Assembly: GCF_044704955.1 (NCBI RefSeq)
Contig: NW_027254672.1
Coordinates: 1 to 64,000, forward strand
Length of the DNA stretch: 64,000 nucleotides
Reading direction: 5' to 3'
Source: Pristiophorus japonicus
Taxonomy: Eukaryota
Both the position numbers and the translations under genes were made by a program. A model generated the notes under the pieces. That model saw nothing but the letters and a program-made list of their open reading frames with translations, was not told the DNA's origin and did no database searches. Shown piece after piece: positions 1 to 13,434 of this stretch. Numbering within the stretch: the first letter of the stretch is position 1; every line of letters begins with the position of its first letter.

Positions 1-309
1 ATGGGTCGGAGAGGAATTTTCCCAGATTTTTTCTCCCTTAATTGGCCTGGGTTTTTATCTGGATTTTGCCTCTCCCAGGAGATCACATGGTTCCAGTTGG
101 GGTGGAGTGTCGATGTTTTTAGTATAAGGGGTGTTGCAGTACTGTGTGGTGGACTGGTTGGACTGGGTGCTCTTTGTCTTTCCGTTATTGTTCATGGGTT
201 TGTATGTAACCTTTAGGCTGCTGACGAAGGGCCGTGCGGCTCTTTGTCGTCTGCTGCAGACACGATGGGACGGAATGTCCTCCTTCTGCGCTGTAAATTT
301 CTGTTTCTA
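1..309 (+). mobile_element. 3' UTR/tail of a CR1-type LINE
   Basis: Same sequence as the LINE 3' end at 42921-43230. Confidence 0.7.
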
Positions 310-770
310 AGCTTTTCTGTGGTTCAGTTGAAATTGTGCTTTATAATGCCCCTGTGAAGCATCTTGGAACGTTGTACCCTGTTGAAGGTGCTATATAGAT
401 ACCAGTTGTTCTTGTTGTTAACTTACATTAAGTGGTTTTGCTGCATCAAATATTGAGGTTTTTGTAAAGTTTAATTTTTTCTGACATTTACTTGCATCAG
501 TGAAATGAAAAATAAAAAGCTTCTGCTGAATAATGTGTGAGAAACTTGTTCACAACGATATAAAGATCAAGTTCGAGAGCTAAGCACATAAACCACAGAC
601 TTTACAGTGTTTCCTTTGGCCCCTGCCCATTTCTCAGCCTATTTCCTCAACTCAGGCCCACGTTTGATTCTGCAAACCATATTAGGTTAAAATGTGAAGG
701 CTGAGACTGCGATTGGCACGTCTCCCATGGGCATGTTATTCCGATCGTAAAATAGGAGCGAGGTGCAATT

Positions 771-3102
771 AGAAACATAGAAACATAGAAAATAGGTGCA
801 GGAGCAGGCCATTCGGCCCTTCTAGCCTGCACCGCCATTCAATGAGTTCATGGCAGAACATGCAACTTCAGTACCCCATTCCTGCTTTCTCGCCATACCC
901 CTTGATCCCCCTACTAGTAAGGACTACATCTAACTCCTTTTTGAATATATTTAGTGAATTGGCCTCAACAACTTTCTGTGGCAGAGAATTCCACAGGTTC
1001 ACCACTCTCTGGGTGAAGAAGTTCCTCCTCATCTCGGTCCTAAATGGCTTACCCCTTATCCTTAGACTGTGTCCCCTGGTTCTGGACTTCCCCAACATTG
1101 GGAACATTCTTCCTGCATCCAACCTGTCTAACCCCTTCAGAATCTTAAACGTTTCTATGAGGTCCCCTCTCATTCTTCTGAACTCCAGTGAATACAAGCC
1201 CAGTTGATCCAGTCTTTCTTGATAGGTCAGTCCCGCCATCCCGGGAATCAGTCTGGTGAACCTACGCTGCACTCCCTCAATAGCAAGAATGTCCTTCCTC
1301 AGGTTAGGAGACCAAAACTGTACACAATACTCCAGGTGTGGCCTCACCAATGCCCTGTACAACTGTAGCAACACCTCCCTGCCCCTGTACTCAAATCCCC
1401 TCGCTATGAAGGCCAACATGCCATTTGCTTTCTTAACCGCCTGCTGTACCTGCATGCCAACCTTCAATGACTGATGTACCATGACACCCAGGTCTCTTTG
1501 CACCTCCCCTTTTCCTAATCTGTCACCATTCAGATAATAGTCTGTCTCTCTGTTTTTACCACCAAAGTGGATAACCTCACATTTATCCACATTATACTTC
1601 ATCTGCCATGCCTTTGCCCACTCACCTAACCAAGTCGTTCTGCAGCCTCATAGCATCCTCCTCGCAGCTCACACTGCCACCCAACTTAGTGTCATCCGCA
1701 AATTTGGAGATACTACATTTAATCCCCTCGTCTAAATCATTAATGTACAGTGTAAACAGCTGGGGCCCCAGCACAGAACCTTGCGGTACCCCACTAGTCA
1801 CTGCCTGCCATTCTGAAAAGTACCCATTTACTCCTACTCTTTGTTTCCTGTCTGACAACCAGTTCTCAATCCATGTCAGCACACTACCCCCAATCCCATG
1901 TGCTTTAACTTTGCACATCAATCTCTTGTGTGGGACCTTGTCGAAAGCCTTCTGAAAGTCCAAATATACCACATCAACTGGTTCTCCCTTGTCCACTCTA
2001 CTGGAAACATCCTCAAAAAATTCCAAAAGATTTGTCAAGCATGATTTCCCTTTCACAAATCCATGCTGACTTGGACCTATCATGTCACCTCTTTCCAAAT
2101 GCACTGCTATGACATCCTTAATAATTGATTCCATCATTTTACCCACTACCGATGTCAGGCTGACCGGTCTATAATTCCCTGTTTTCTCTCTCCCTCCTTT
2201 TTTAAAAAGTGGGGTTACATTGGCTACCCTCCACTCCATAGGAACTGATCCAGAGTCAATGGAATGTTGGAAAATGACTGTCAATGCATCCACTATTTCC
2301 AAGGCCACCTCCTTAAGTACTCTGGGATGCAGTCCATCAGGCCCTGGGGACTTATCGGCCTTCAATCCCATCAATTTCCCTAACACAATTTCCCGACTAA
2401 TAAGGATTTCCCTCAGTTCCTCCTCCTTACTAGACCCTCTGACTCCTTTTATATCCGGAAGGTTGTTTGTGTCCTCCTTAGTGAATACTGAACCAAAGTA
2501 CTTGTTCAATTGGTCCGCCATTTCTTTGTTCCCCGTTATGACTTCCCCTGATTCTGACTGCAGGGGACCTACGTTTGTCTTTACTAACCTTTTTCCCTTT
2601 ACATATCTATGGAAACTTTTGCAATCCTTCTTAATGTTCCCTGCAAGCTTCTTCTCGTACTCCATTTTCCCTGCCCTAATCAAACCCTTTGTCCTCCTCT
2701 GCTGAGTTCTAAATTTCTCCCAGTCCCCGGGTTCGCTGCTATTTCTGGCCAATTTGTATGCCACTTCCTTGGCTTTAATACTATCCCTGATTTCCCTTGA
2801 TAGCCACGGTTGAGCCACCTTCCCTTTTTTATTTTTACGGCAGACAGGAATGTACAATTGTTGTAGTTCATCCATGCGGTCTCTAAATGTCTGCCATTGC
2901 CCATCCACAGTCAACCCCTTAAGTATCATTCGCCAATCTATCCTAGCCAATTCACGCCTCATACCTTCAAAGTTACCCTTCTTTAAGTTCTGGACCATGG
3001 TCTCTGAATTAACTGTTTCATTCTCCATCCTAATGCAGAATTCCACCATATTATGGTCACTCTTCCCCAAGGGGCCTCGCACAACGAGATTGCTAATTAA
3101 TC
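771..3102 (-). mobile_element. 5'-truncated CR1 LINE, near-identical to the 31.5-35.3 kb copy
   Basis: ORFs 1622-3139 and 868-1602 match ORF2 almost residue for residue. A 5-nt deletion at ~1630 frameshifts the RT. (CATAGAAA)n tail at 771. Confidence 0.95.
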
Positions 3103-3384
3103 GACAAAAATAATCAGTTTCAATGAACAAAAGTTTCAAATTCAGGAACAGTCATACCCATCCTTCGCTTTGAAGCCCAGACTGATATTAAGCAAATATT
3201 AAAAGGTGCCGCTGACCATTGAATGAAACTGTCACTCACAGCCTAGTTCAAAGATACCCATTTTCACCCCCTCCCCCCACATGAGGAATTATCTTCATAG
3301 TAAATGATCTACTACACTTAGAGACCCAGGGATAATCTTGAAGTGGAGCATTCATCGGGCAGGTGATGGGCGGAGAGATCCTAA

Positions 3385-4760
3385 AATAGTGAGTATACTT
3401 TCTCCCCTTGTAAGAGACCTTCCTCAGGCTGCACGTGGAACACTGTGTCAGTTTTGGTCTCCTCACATGGTGGGTGATTTTGAGGCTTTGCAAAGGGTGC
3501 AGAGGAGGGCCACTTGACTAGTTCCCAGTTTAAAGTTTCCTAGTTATCAAGGTAGGCTCAACGAGCTGGGACTCTACATATTGGAGAAGACTTAGGGCTG
3601 ATCTAATCAAGGTTTATAAGATAATGAAGGGAAGCGATTATGTTCGAGTTGACAGTTTGTTCCAATTACAAAGGTTAGGGAGGACCAGGGGTCACGATGT
3701 GAAATTTTGTAAGGCCAGATCGAGGTTAGATGTTAGGAGGTGGTTCTTTGCCCAGGGAACAGTGGACCCTGGCCTTCATAGCTAGGGGATTTGAGTACTT
3801 GAGCAGGGAGGTCTTACTGCAGTTGTACAGGACCTTGGTGAGGCCTCACCTGGAATATTGTGTTCAGTTTTGGTCTCCGAATCTGAGGAAGGGCGTTCTT
3901 GCTATTTAGGGAGTTTAGCGAAGGTTCATCAGACTAATTCCTGGGATGGCAGGACTGACGCATGAGAAAAGACTGGATCAACTGGGCCTTTATACATTGG
4001 GGTTTAGAAGGATGAGAGGGAATCTCATAGAAACAGACAAGATTCTGACGGGACGGGACAGGTTAGATGCAGGTAGAATGTTCCCGATGTAGGAGAAATC
4101 CAGAACCAGGGGACACAGTTTTAGGATAAGGGGTAGGCCAATTAGGACTGAGATGAGGAGAAACTTCTTCACTCAGAGTTGTTAACCTGTGGAATTCCCT
4201 GCCGTAGAGAGTTGTTGATGCCCGTTCATTGGATATATTCAAGAGGGAGTTAGATAGGGCCCTTAGGGCTAAGGAGATCAAGGGATATGGAGAGAAAGCA
4301 GGAAAGGGGTACTGAGGGAATGATCAGCCATTGAATGGTGGTGCAGGCTCGAAGGGCCGAATGGCCTACTCCTGCGCCTATTTTCTATGTTTCTACCCTG
4401 GAACAGACTGCTGGCTCATGCGATGGACACGGATTCACTGAATTTCTTCAAGCGAGAGACGAACCTGTTTCTGGTTGGGGTGGAGATCACCTCATACAAT
4501 AGGTAGGTACTGCAAGAAATTATCAGGGCCAGCGTGATCTCCCGGATTAGTTTTGATCACCTGGGGGCAGGGGGCGGAGAGGAATTTCCCGCATTTTTCC
4601 CTCATTTGGCCTGGGTTTCTTTCTGTTTTTTCACCTCTCCCAGGAGATGACATGGTTTTGAGTGGGGTGGAGTGTATATATTGTGGTACACAAGGTATCA
4701 CAATTGTGTGGGACAGGCTGGATGGAGCAGTAGGTCTTTTCCTGTCCGTCATTGTTCGAG
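3385..4760 (+). mobile_element. Old CR1 3' fragment interrupted by a younger CR1 (3773-4394)
   Basis: 7-bp TSD ACCCTGG at 3766-3772 and 4395-4401 flanks the inner element. Confidence 0.8.
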
Positions 4761-5070
4761 ATCTCTGCGTTCCTCTAATTCTGCCCTCTTGAGCATCCCC
4801 GATTATAATCACTCAACCATTGGTGGCCATACCTTCTGTTGCCTGGGCCCTAGGCTCTAGAACTCCCTGTCTAAACCTCTCTGCCTCTCTTTCCTCCTTC
4901 AAGACAATCCTTAAAACCTACCTCTTTGAACAAGCTTTTGATCACCTGCGCTAATTTCTCCTTATGTGGCTTGGTGTCAATTTTTATTGTCTCATAATAC
5001 TCCTGTGAAGCACCTTGGGATGTTTCACTGTGTTAAAGGTGCTATATAAATACCAGTTGTTGTTGTTGTT
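4760..5070 (+). mobile_element. L2-type LINE 3' end
   Basis: Tail ...AAAGGTGCTATATAAATACCAG(TTG)n. Homologous pieces at 345-420, 9505-10100(-), 18270-18676, 47265-47950 and 62925-63960(-). Confidence 0.7.
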
Positions 5071-6501
5071 GAGGTAGGCTGTAAGAAGCCGGATTCATTT
5101 TCAGGGTCAGGCCTCATTTGCATGGAACCACCAAGCTGAAGGCACGTTATAATTAATCATATGGTAGCTCGCCATTTTGGGAGGGAGGGGTTCGAAATCT
5201 GGGGAGTCAAGTTGGCAGAAAAGTATTCAGGGGGAGGAGCAGGTTGATCAGTCTGGCAGCAGCTAAGTCGAAGTTCAGGAGGCATTTTGGGAGGTGCAGG
5301 AAGAATAAATATTGTTGCAGATGTTGGTGCTGGACTCCTCCCACTTGTTCATCCTCTCAACCACATGCGTGGAAAGTGTCTCCACCAGCTGCTCACGAGA
5401 CTGATGCTCCCAAATCATTGGCCTGGGCCGTTCGTGGAGGACTGTTGTTTCTCCTCCTGCCATGGTGGAACGGTACTGATCCTCTCTTCCACTCCTCGGT
5501 CTTCATTCTCACTAGTGGTTCGCCTGGTGATCACCCTTCTCACTGTCCAGTGCCTCACTAATGGGCGTCTCGGTGCTGATGCTCGGACAGGTAAGATGCC
5601 AGGATGGAATTAGTGAGGATGCAACATGGAAGCAGCTGGACATAGGGGCAAAGGTGGCATGTGGGCCCAAGCAGAGGTGCCATCGTTACCGTTAATGTGA
5701 GCTTCCCCTTCTGCCCCTTTGTGCTGGGTGCCCATTTGAAGTATTTCTTCACTCATTTCCCTCAAGATCCTGAGATGGAAACCATCCACCTACCTTAAGT
5801 TTAAGTTGTGTGTTGTGTCCAATCTGTGTGTGAATAATAACCCCCACCTCTGCTGGTTCTACATCTCAATAACCACCTCCTCTATGAAAGCTGAGACAAA
5901 GGCCTTATGTCATATCTCTTTCATTCCCACCCTCCCACGACGACCTTTGCCTCCCCCATCTCTCAGTAGCCCTGACTACCTGCTCACTACCCAATATGCT
6001 TGTTGAAGCCTTTTTATTTCCTTTATGTTTTTATTGCTAGTTAACTCTGTTACTCTCTTATTTATCCTTTTGTAGCTGTCCTGTATTCATTATATTGGTT
6101 CGTAAACCTTGCATCACTTTCTTTCATCAGCTTGGCTTCCCTGGAACCACATTTTGAAGATTGGAAGATGTAAAAGGTACTGTTGACAATGGGTAGAAAC
6201 ACTCAGTTCCTCTGGTGGGAGCAGGAGCTGGGAAAATAACTGCAGTTAAGGAGTTAGACCAGAATTCGGAATTTGCTTCCAAGCTGCCTTACGCACAACC
6301 CAATTATTGTATTATCCTTTTCATTTAGTATCACTGAAGTCTTGTCAGCCTGTTTGCTTTGATGATATCTGTCCCTCCTCCCTCTACGTACCACCTGATG
6401 ATTTGTCACAAGTAACTGGTGTCACCAAGTAACATCTGCTTATCTGATCCATTCTAGTGTCTGATAGATTAGTGGCTGCAGGGGCACGCTTTCCAGTTGG
6501 A

Positions 6502-6553
6502 ATGATCTGTAAAATGTTCCTGGTTTTCACTCTGACCCTCTGCTCTTCTGTGT
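6502..6553 (+). pseudogene. Leader (signal peptide) exon of germline-VJ Ig-superfamily receptor gene A
   Basis: ATG at 6502 reads MICKMFLVFTLTLCSSV plus 1 nt, then donor GTAGGT at 6554. The 52-nt phase-1 exon is typical of Ig/TCR leaders. Joined to the exon at 18876 it gives ...CSSV-C-AVA/ELVLV(Q)SP, a plausible signal-peptidase site. Confidence 0.65.
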
Positions 6554-7171
6554 GTAGGTACTTGTTCCAGTTTGGTTCGGAAGTAGTGAATGTTTGGTTC
6601 AGTATGTTCGACTTTTGATGGGTTCTGTTACTGATTGCGAAACCGTGTCCTGTTAGACATACATATTCTGCAGTGATCTAGCAATGTGCTGAATTTATTA
6701 ATATCCAATTTCAACATGTGTGCCTCAGAAGAGGAAGCAGCATTATTATATTGGCAGATTCCATTCAGCGTGCATTTACACCAACTTCTGGTGTGAGACG
6801 GGAGCTGGAGTTTGGCTTTAAGTATGACTTGGCTCCTGGCTGCCTGTTTAGGAAAGATCACTGTACCTGTCTGCATAAAAATAACTTGCATTTATATAGC
6901 ACCTTTAACAGGATATCCAAATGGCGCTCTGGATTAATGTCGGACTTTGACTCTCACTGCACCTCACTCCAGAGTGGAGTTAAATCCTGACACTGGATTT
7001 ACAATGGAACTTTAGTTATGCACCAACGTTAAACTTGTGGTGCAAACATTGCCGTGACTGTGTGATCACATCTCTGAGGCTGTGGAAAAAAGGCTTCATT
7101 GGACATTATTACTGCCCCACATTCTCCCCTTCAACACTGAGTGGGTGAAACCTGTGCCTTCATTTCAAGTA

Positions 7172-9281
7172 CAGGTTGAACCTCCCTTAAAAACAGATAG
7201 CAAGAGTTTCTATAGGTATATAAACAGGAAGAGTGGCTAAAGTAAATGTTGGTCCCTTAGAGGACGCGACCGGGGAATTAGTAATGGGGAACATGGAGAT
7301 GGCAGAAACTCTGAACAAATATTTTGTATCAGTCTTTACAGTAGAGGACACTAACAATATCCCAACAGTGGATAGTCAAGGGGCAATGGAGGGGGGGGGG
7401 AGGCGAAGAACTTAACACAATCACAATGGAGGTGGTACTCAGTAAGATAATGGGTCTAAAGGCAGATAAATCCCCATGACATGATGGCTTGCATCCTAAG
7501 CTCTTAAGAGAAGTAGCGGCAGGGATAGTAGATGCACTGGTTGTAATATACCAACATTCCCTGGATTCAGGGGAAGTCCCAGCAGATTGGAAAACTGCAA
7601 ATGTAACGCCCCTATTTAAATAAAGAGGCAGACAAAAAGCGGGAAACGAGAGACCAGTTAGCCTAACATCTGTGGTTGGGAAAATGTTGGAGTCCATTAT
7701 TAAAGAAGTAGTAGTCGGACATTTGGAAAAGCATAATTCGGTCAGGCAGTCAGCATGGATTTATGAAGGGGAAGTCATGTTTGACAAATTTGCTGGAATT
7801 CTTTGAGGATGCAACGAACAGGATGGATAAAGGGGAACCAGTGGATGTGGTGTATTTGGACTTCCAGAAGGCAAGGTGCCACATAAAAGGTTACTGCACA
7901 AGATAAAAGTTACGGGGTTGGGGGTAATATATTAGCATGGATAGAGGATTGGCTAACGAACAGAAAACAGAGAGTCAGGATAAATGGTTCATTCTCGGGT
8001 TGACAATCAGTAACTAGTGGGGTGCCACAGGGATCAGTGCCGGGACCACAACTATTTACAATCTATATTAACGACTTGGAAGAAGGGACTGAGTGTCACG
8101 TTGCCAAGTTTGCTGACGATACAAAGATGGGAGGAAAAGCAATGGGTGAGGAGGACACAAAAAATCTGCAAAAGAACGTAGACAGGCTAAGTGAGTGGGT
8201 AAAAATTTGGCAGATGGAGTATAATGTTGGAAAGTGTGAGGTCACGTACTTTGGCAGAAAAAAATCAAAGAGCAAGTTATTATTTAAATGGAGAAAGATT
8301 GCAAAGTGCTACAGTACAGCAAGTGATCAGGAAGGCCAATGTAATCTTGGTTTTTATTGCAAAGGGGATGGAGTATAAAAGTAGGGAAGTCTTGCTACAG
8401 TTATACAGGATATTGGTGAGGCCACACCTCGAATATTTATGAAAGGATATACTTGCTTTGGCGGCAGTTCAGAGAAGGTTCACAAGGTTGATTCCGGAGA
8501 TGAGGGGGTTAACCTATGTGGAAAGGTTGAGTAGGTTGGGTCTCTAATCATTGGAATTGAGAGATGATCTTATCGAAATGTATAAGATGATGAGGGGGCT
8601 TGACAAGGTGGATACAGAAAGAATGTTTCCACTGATAGGGGAGACTAGAACTAGGGGGCATAATCTTAGAATAAGGGGCCGTTTTAAAACTGAGATGAGG
8701 AAAAATTTATTTCCTCAGAGGGTTGTAAAACTGTGGAATTCACTGCCTCAGAGAGCTATTGAAGCTGGGACACTGAATAAATTGACGATAGAGATAGACA
8801 GTTTTTGAACCGATAAGGGAATAAGGGGTTATGGGGAACGGGCAGGGAAGTGGATCTGAGACCATGATCGGATCAGCCAAGATCGTATTAAATGGCAGAG
8901 CAGGCTTGAGGTGCCGTATGGCCTACTCCTGCTCCTATTTATGATGTTATTATGTTCTTATCCAGAACTCCCGTATCCAGAGCCACCCCTCGTCCAGAAC
9001 CATTCCCGGCCACCGGTGGCACATGCTCAGAAGTCCTACATGAACAAATTGAAGTCCTTCCTCGCTGCCGACTCCAGCAACCGTTGGCCTGACCCCGCGA
9101 TCCACCCCCCCCCGCCCCATGATCTCTCTGCCGCACTCCCAGCCCCAAGCCAGCCAGCCCTGATATCCCCTTGCTCAGTACCTGTACCATCCAATTTAAC
9201 ATGACCACCCCTCATCCGGAAAAATCCCTTATGCAGAACAGGCCAGGTTTCCAGGGTTCTGGATAAGGGAGGTTCAACATG
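7172..9281. mobile_element. pogo/Tigger-like MITE interrupted by a CR1
   Basis: TA|CAGGTTGAACCTCCCTTA(TCC) at 7172 and GGATAAGGGAGGTTCAACATG|TA ending at 9281 (TIRs with TA TSD). Confidence 0.8.
7190..8960 (+). mobile_element. Degenerate CR1 LINE (RT and 3' end)
   Basis: Fragmented RT ORFs ([21 protein letters not shown]). Confidence 0.9.
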
Positions 9282-9309
9282 TACAGAAAACCCTGTCAGC
9301 GACTCAAAA

Positions 9310-9475
9310 GCACAATACTGCGGATGCTGGAAATCTGAAATCAAAACAGAAAATGCTGGAAATACTCAGCAGGTCAGAACTGACGAAGGACCATCAACCT
9401 GAAACGTTAACTCTGTTTCTCTCTCCGTAGATGCTCTGACCTGCTGAATGTTTCCAGCATTTTCTGATTTTATTC
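9310..9475. repeat. Penelope-type palindromic repeat containing a minimal hammerhead core
   Basis: Inverted arms AAAACAGAAAATGCTGGAAATACTCAGCAGGTCAG / CTGACCTGCTGAATGTTTCCAGCATTTTCTGATTTT. A second copy lies at ~27430-27660. Confidence 0.6.
9380..9414 (+). ncRNA. Minimal type I hammerhead ribozyme motif
   Basis: CTGACGA-AGG(accatcaa)CCT-GAAA-CGTT: conserved core boxes, stem II and a palindromic ACGT stem III. The 5' strand of stem I is disrupted. Confidence 0.5.
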
Positions 9476-11559
9476 CTGGCAGTAGCCCTCAGAGGATTCA
9501 CATGCATAACAACAACTTGCACCTGTAACATAGTAAAACGTCCCAAGACACTTCACAGGAGCATTATCAAACAAAATGTGATACTGCGCTTGGTCAAAGT
9601 AGTAGGTTTTAATGAGGAGAGAGAGGTCGAGCGGCGGAGAGGTTTAGGGAGGGAATTCTAGTGCTTAGGGCCGAGGCAGCTGAAGGCATGGCCGCCAATG
9701 TTGGAGCGATTGAAATCGAGGTTGCACAAGAGGCCAGAATTGGAGGAGCGCTGAGATCTCGGAGGGTTGTAGGGCTGGTGGAATTCAGGGAGGGATGAGG
9801 GATTTGAAAACAAGGATGAGAATTTTTGAGGCATTAACAGACCAGGAGCCAATTTAGGTCACGAGCACAAGGGTAAAGTCTAGAGGTAACAAAGGCATGG
9901 ATGGGAGGTTTCAACAACAGATAAGCTGAGGCAGGGGCAGAGTCTGACCATGTTACAGAGGTTGAAGTTGACGATCTTGGTGATGGTGCGGATATGTGGT
10001 CAGAAGCTCATCTCGGGGTCAAGTGCGACACCAAGGTTGCGAGCGGTCTGGTCCAGCCTCAGACAGTTGCCAGGAGAGGGATGGAGTCGGTGGTTAGGGA
10101 AAAGAAGTAGTTGCAGGTGATTCTCGGGCTACGACTGGACTTTATAATCGGCTTATAAAGTATAGGCACTGTAGGAAGGTGGTGTTCAATGGGCATCTTG
10201 CTGGATAGTGTTAGAGCAGCCTGCTAAACCTTCTGGGTCTGTTGTGGTCGATGGTGTCAGTCCTTTGAGTGTTCAAACATCTGGAGAAATAACTGCTGCT
10301 GCTGTAACTCTGACAGCCAGTTCACCACTTCAGGACAACATTTTATTCTTCCATTTTAACTGGTTCCCCAGTGGCCGATAGGGGCTGAAACTCTCACTGC
10401 ACCATGTGTGATGGAGTGCCCCTTGTCTCAGGATGACCAGCACTTGCTTTGCTCCTTTATATTCTCCAAACCGATTCAATCCAGTCCACCGAAGGTAGCT
10501 CAGCTCCGGCGCACTTTTATTGTTCGATGAAACTCAAGACTGGTCACAAATCTGCAATATTGAGTTTAAATAAACCCTTCCTGTTTCTGTAATCAGGGAC
10601 ATGGGTGAACACTTATTGGCACCATCCACTTCCCATGGTCCTCGGGCCCGAAAACCTCTGGAGAGGATGGAGAGTTTTCCCACAGTACATAAATGTGTCA
10701 AAAAAACAATTTCCTTGCTCTTTTTTAGCACAATAATGGTGCAAGTGCTGAGGATTGCGAGAAAATTCAAGGCCCATGTCAACATTTTATATCGAAAAAA
10801 CCCAACATTTCACTATCATGATTTGTTAACCAATCCAATTACTCATAATACTTTTTTTTTTTTTACAATGGTGCAGATTTTGCGGGAGGAATCACGGTGT
10901 GTTCAAACAGGTCCTAGATCCCCTGTCGAGGGCACCGCGCTGTTTTTACTCTCTGATTACCGCAAGTTACAGTGCAAAAGCCCACAGAGAGTCTTAGGCC
11001 TAAAAATCTGTTCTAATATCAGCACCGGGCGATGTTTACCGTGTCCAAACGGGATATTCACTAGTAGCGCCCCAAGAGGGGAGCGGAGCACTTAGGGAAG
11101 CGTTCTACGCTACTTTGAGGGCTCTAGGGGTGGTAGCACTGCATGGATAATGAAGGTCTGGTGCTCGGAAACCTGAAAAATGACAGAAAGGTGAAGGGAG
11201 CGTTGGAAACACCGGCAGCAGTATGTGCGACCTCACAGAATCACGGCAATGTTAAAAGATTTTACAACTGACCAGCCACAGGCTCCTGCTCTATAACATC
11301 GCCCCAGGAGCTTCCATGGAACACCCGCTCTCCCTGTCGGTGACAGTGCCAGGCGCTACGGCAGGCGAAAGGAGTGAAGTTCAGGATCGCGGCACTAACG
11401 TGGCGTTGTACACCCATGACGTCACCAAGTGGGTGGTGCTAGAGTGCACGGCGTTAACTGATAGCGCCGCTGCTAAACCACCACTGAGGTTCACGGCAGG
11501 CACCGACAGTGCGGCACTCGGGCAGCAAGTGCTTAGCGGCTAGAAGGCAGTAGAGCAGG

Positions 11560-12897
11560 GGAGCGATGGGGGAAATGATAACCAGAGTGTGACAGGAAGG
11601 GACAGAATTTATAAACATAAGTGTATCAGAAAGTGAGGTCAAAGCAGGGAAAATGGTAAAAGACAAAATCAAAAGCACTTTATCTGAATGCACGCAGCAT
11701 TTGTAACAAGACAGATGAATTGACGGCACAAATAGATAGAAATGGGTACGATCTGATAACCATTACAGAGCCATGGTTGCAAGGTGACCAAGGCTGGGAA
11801 CTGAAAATTCAGGGATTTTTGGCAATTCGGAAGGATGGACAGAATGGAAAAGGAGGTGGGGTAGCTCTGTTAATAAAGGATGAGATCAGTGCAGTAATGA
11901 GAAATGATATTGGCTCAGAAGATCAAGATGTAGAATCAATTTGGGTGGAGATAAGAAACAATAAGGGGAAGAAGTTATTGGTGGGCATAGTCTATAGGCC
12001 CCCTAACAGAAACTACACTGTTGGGCAGAGCATAAATAAAGCAGTATTGGAATCTTGTAAGAAAGTTCCGGCAATAATCATGGGTGATTTTACTCTATAT
12101 ATTGATTGGACAAATCAAATTGGGCACGATAGCCTTGAGGAAGAATTCATAGAGTGTATCTGGGATGGTTTCCTTGGACAGTACATTGTGGAAACAACCA
12201 GGGAGCAGGGTATCTTAGATCTGGTACTGTGTAAATATAAGAGACATAGGAAATAGGAACAGGAGTAGGCCAAAGGGCCTCTCGAACCTGGTCCGCCATT
12301 CAATAAGATCATGGCTGATCTGATTATTGGCTCAGCTCAACTTTCCAGCCCGCTCCCCATATGCATTTACTCCCTTATCGCTCAAAATTCTGCTATCTCC
12401 GCTTTAAATATATTCAATGACCCAGCCTCCTCAGCTCTCTGGCACAGAGAATTCCACAGATGTACAACCGAGAGAAGAAATTCCTCCTCATCTCAGTTTT
12501 AAATGGGCGACCCCTTATTCGAAAACTATGCACCCTAGTTCTAGATAACTCCATGAGTGGAAACATCCTCTCTGCATTTACCTTGTCCAGCCCCCTCATT
12601 ATTTTATATGTCTTAATAAGATCATCTCTCATTCTTCTGAACTTCAACGTGTATAGGCCCAACCTGCTCAACCTTTCTTCATAAGTCAATCCCTTCACCT
12701 CAGGAATCAAATGAGTGAATCTTCTCTGAACTACCTCCAATGCAAGTATATGTTTCAATGATAAGGATTATGGGGAGTGGGCGGAGAAGTGTAGCTGAGC
12801 CCAAGATCAAATCAGCCATGATCTGATTAAATGGCGGAGCAGGCTTGCGGGGACAAATGGCCGACTCCTGCTTCTATTTCTATATTCTTATGTTCTA
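11560..12897. mobile_element. CR1 fragments: EN domain (+, 11560-12240), 3' end (-, 12243-12755), tail (+, 12760-12897)
   Basis: ORF 11720-12256 (ITEPWL, GGGVA, IMGDF) and ORF 12414-12758 (RT C-terminus). Confidence 0.85.
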
Positions 12898-13434
12898 GTG
12901 CCCCCCCACCCCCCGCCTCTTGGGCACTAACGGGTGGTGCTAAGCAAACAAATGTTTAACCTTAAGTGTAATGAACGGTGAGCGCCGTTCATTCTCCGCT
13001 GACCACTGACTGACCAATAATAATTGCAATTTATTCGCCATAAATTAATTTTCTAATGTCAGAAATAAAGTTTAAACATAATATAAAATTCTAAATATGA
13101 AGACCCTCTCACAATAACATGATTAAATGTATCTATTGAATTGTCTTTTACTGTCTTCCCTAAAGCCTATACTTGAAAGCCTCGCCTTGTCTCAAGAGTT
13201 GGGGCTTCTCTCCAACAGGTCTACAGTTTCAAACCACATTCTGGCAATGGCATTCTCAGCATGTGCAGCGTGCAATAATGTACAAGATCACCGGCCAGAA
13301 TATTCTAGCTATAACACTCCCACATACAATTCCTCCCTTCCTGTTTAACACTGTTAGTGTACGTCATTAAATACAGAGCAACCTGGCATCTGGTGGGCAA
13401 AAAGCAAGCTGGTCAGTAATTCACATCAGGCAGT

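Noticed and set aside
5150-5775. Coding-looking minus-strand stretch as exon 2 of the CpG-island gene
   Set aside because: Stops and frameshifts in all frames; more like a decayed transposon accessory ORF, and not identifiable.
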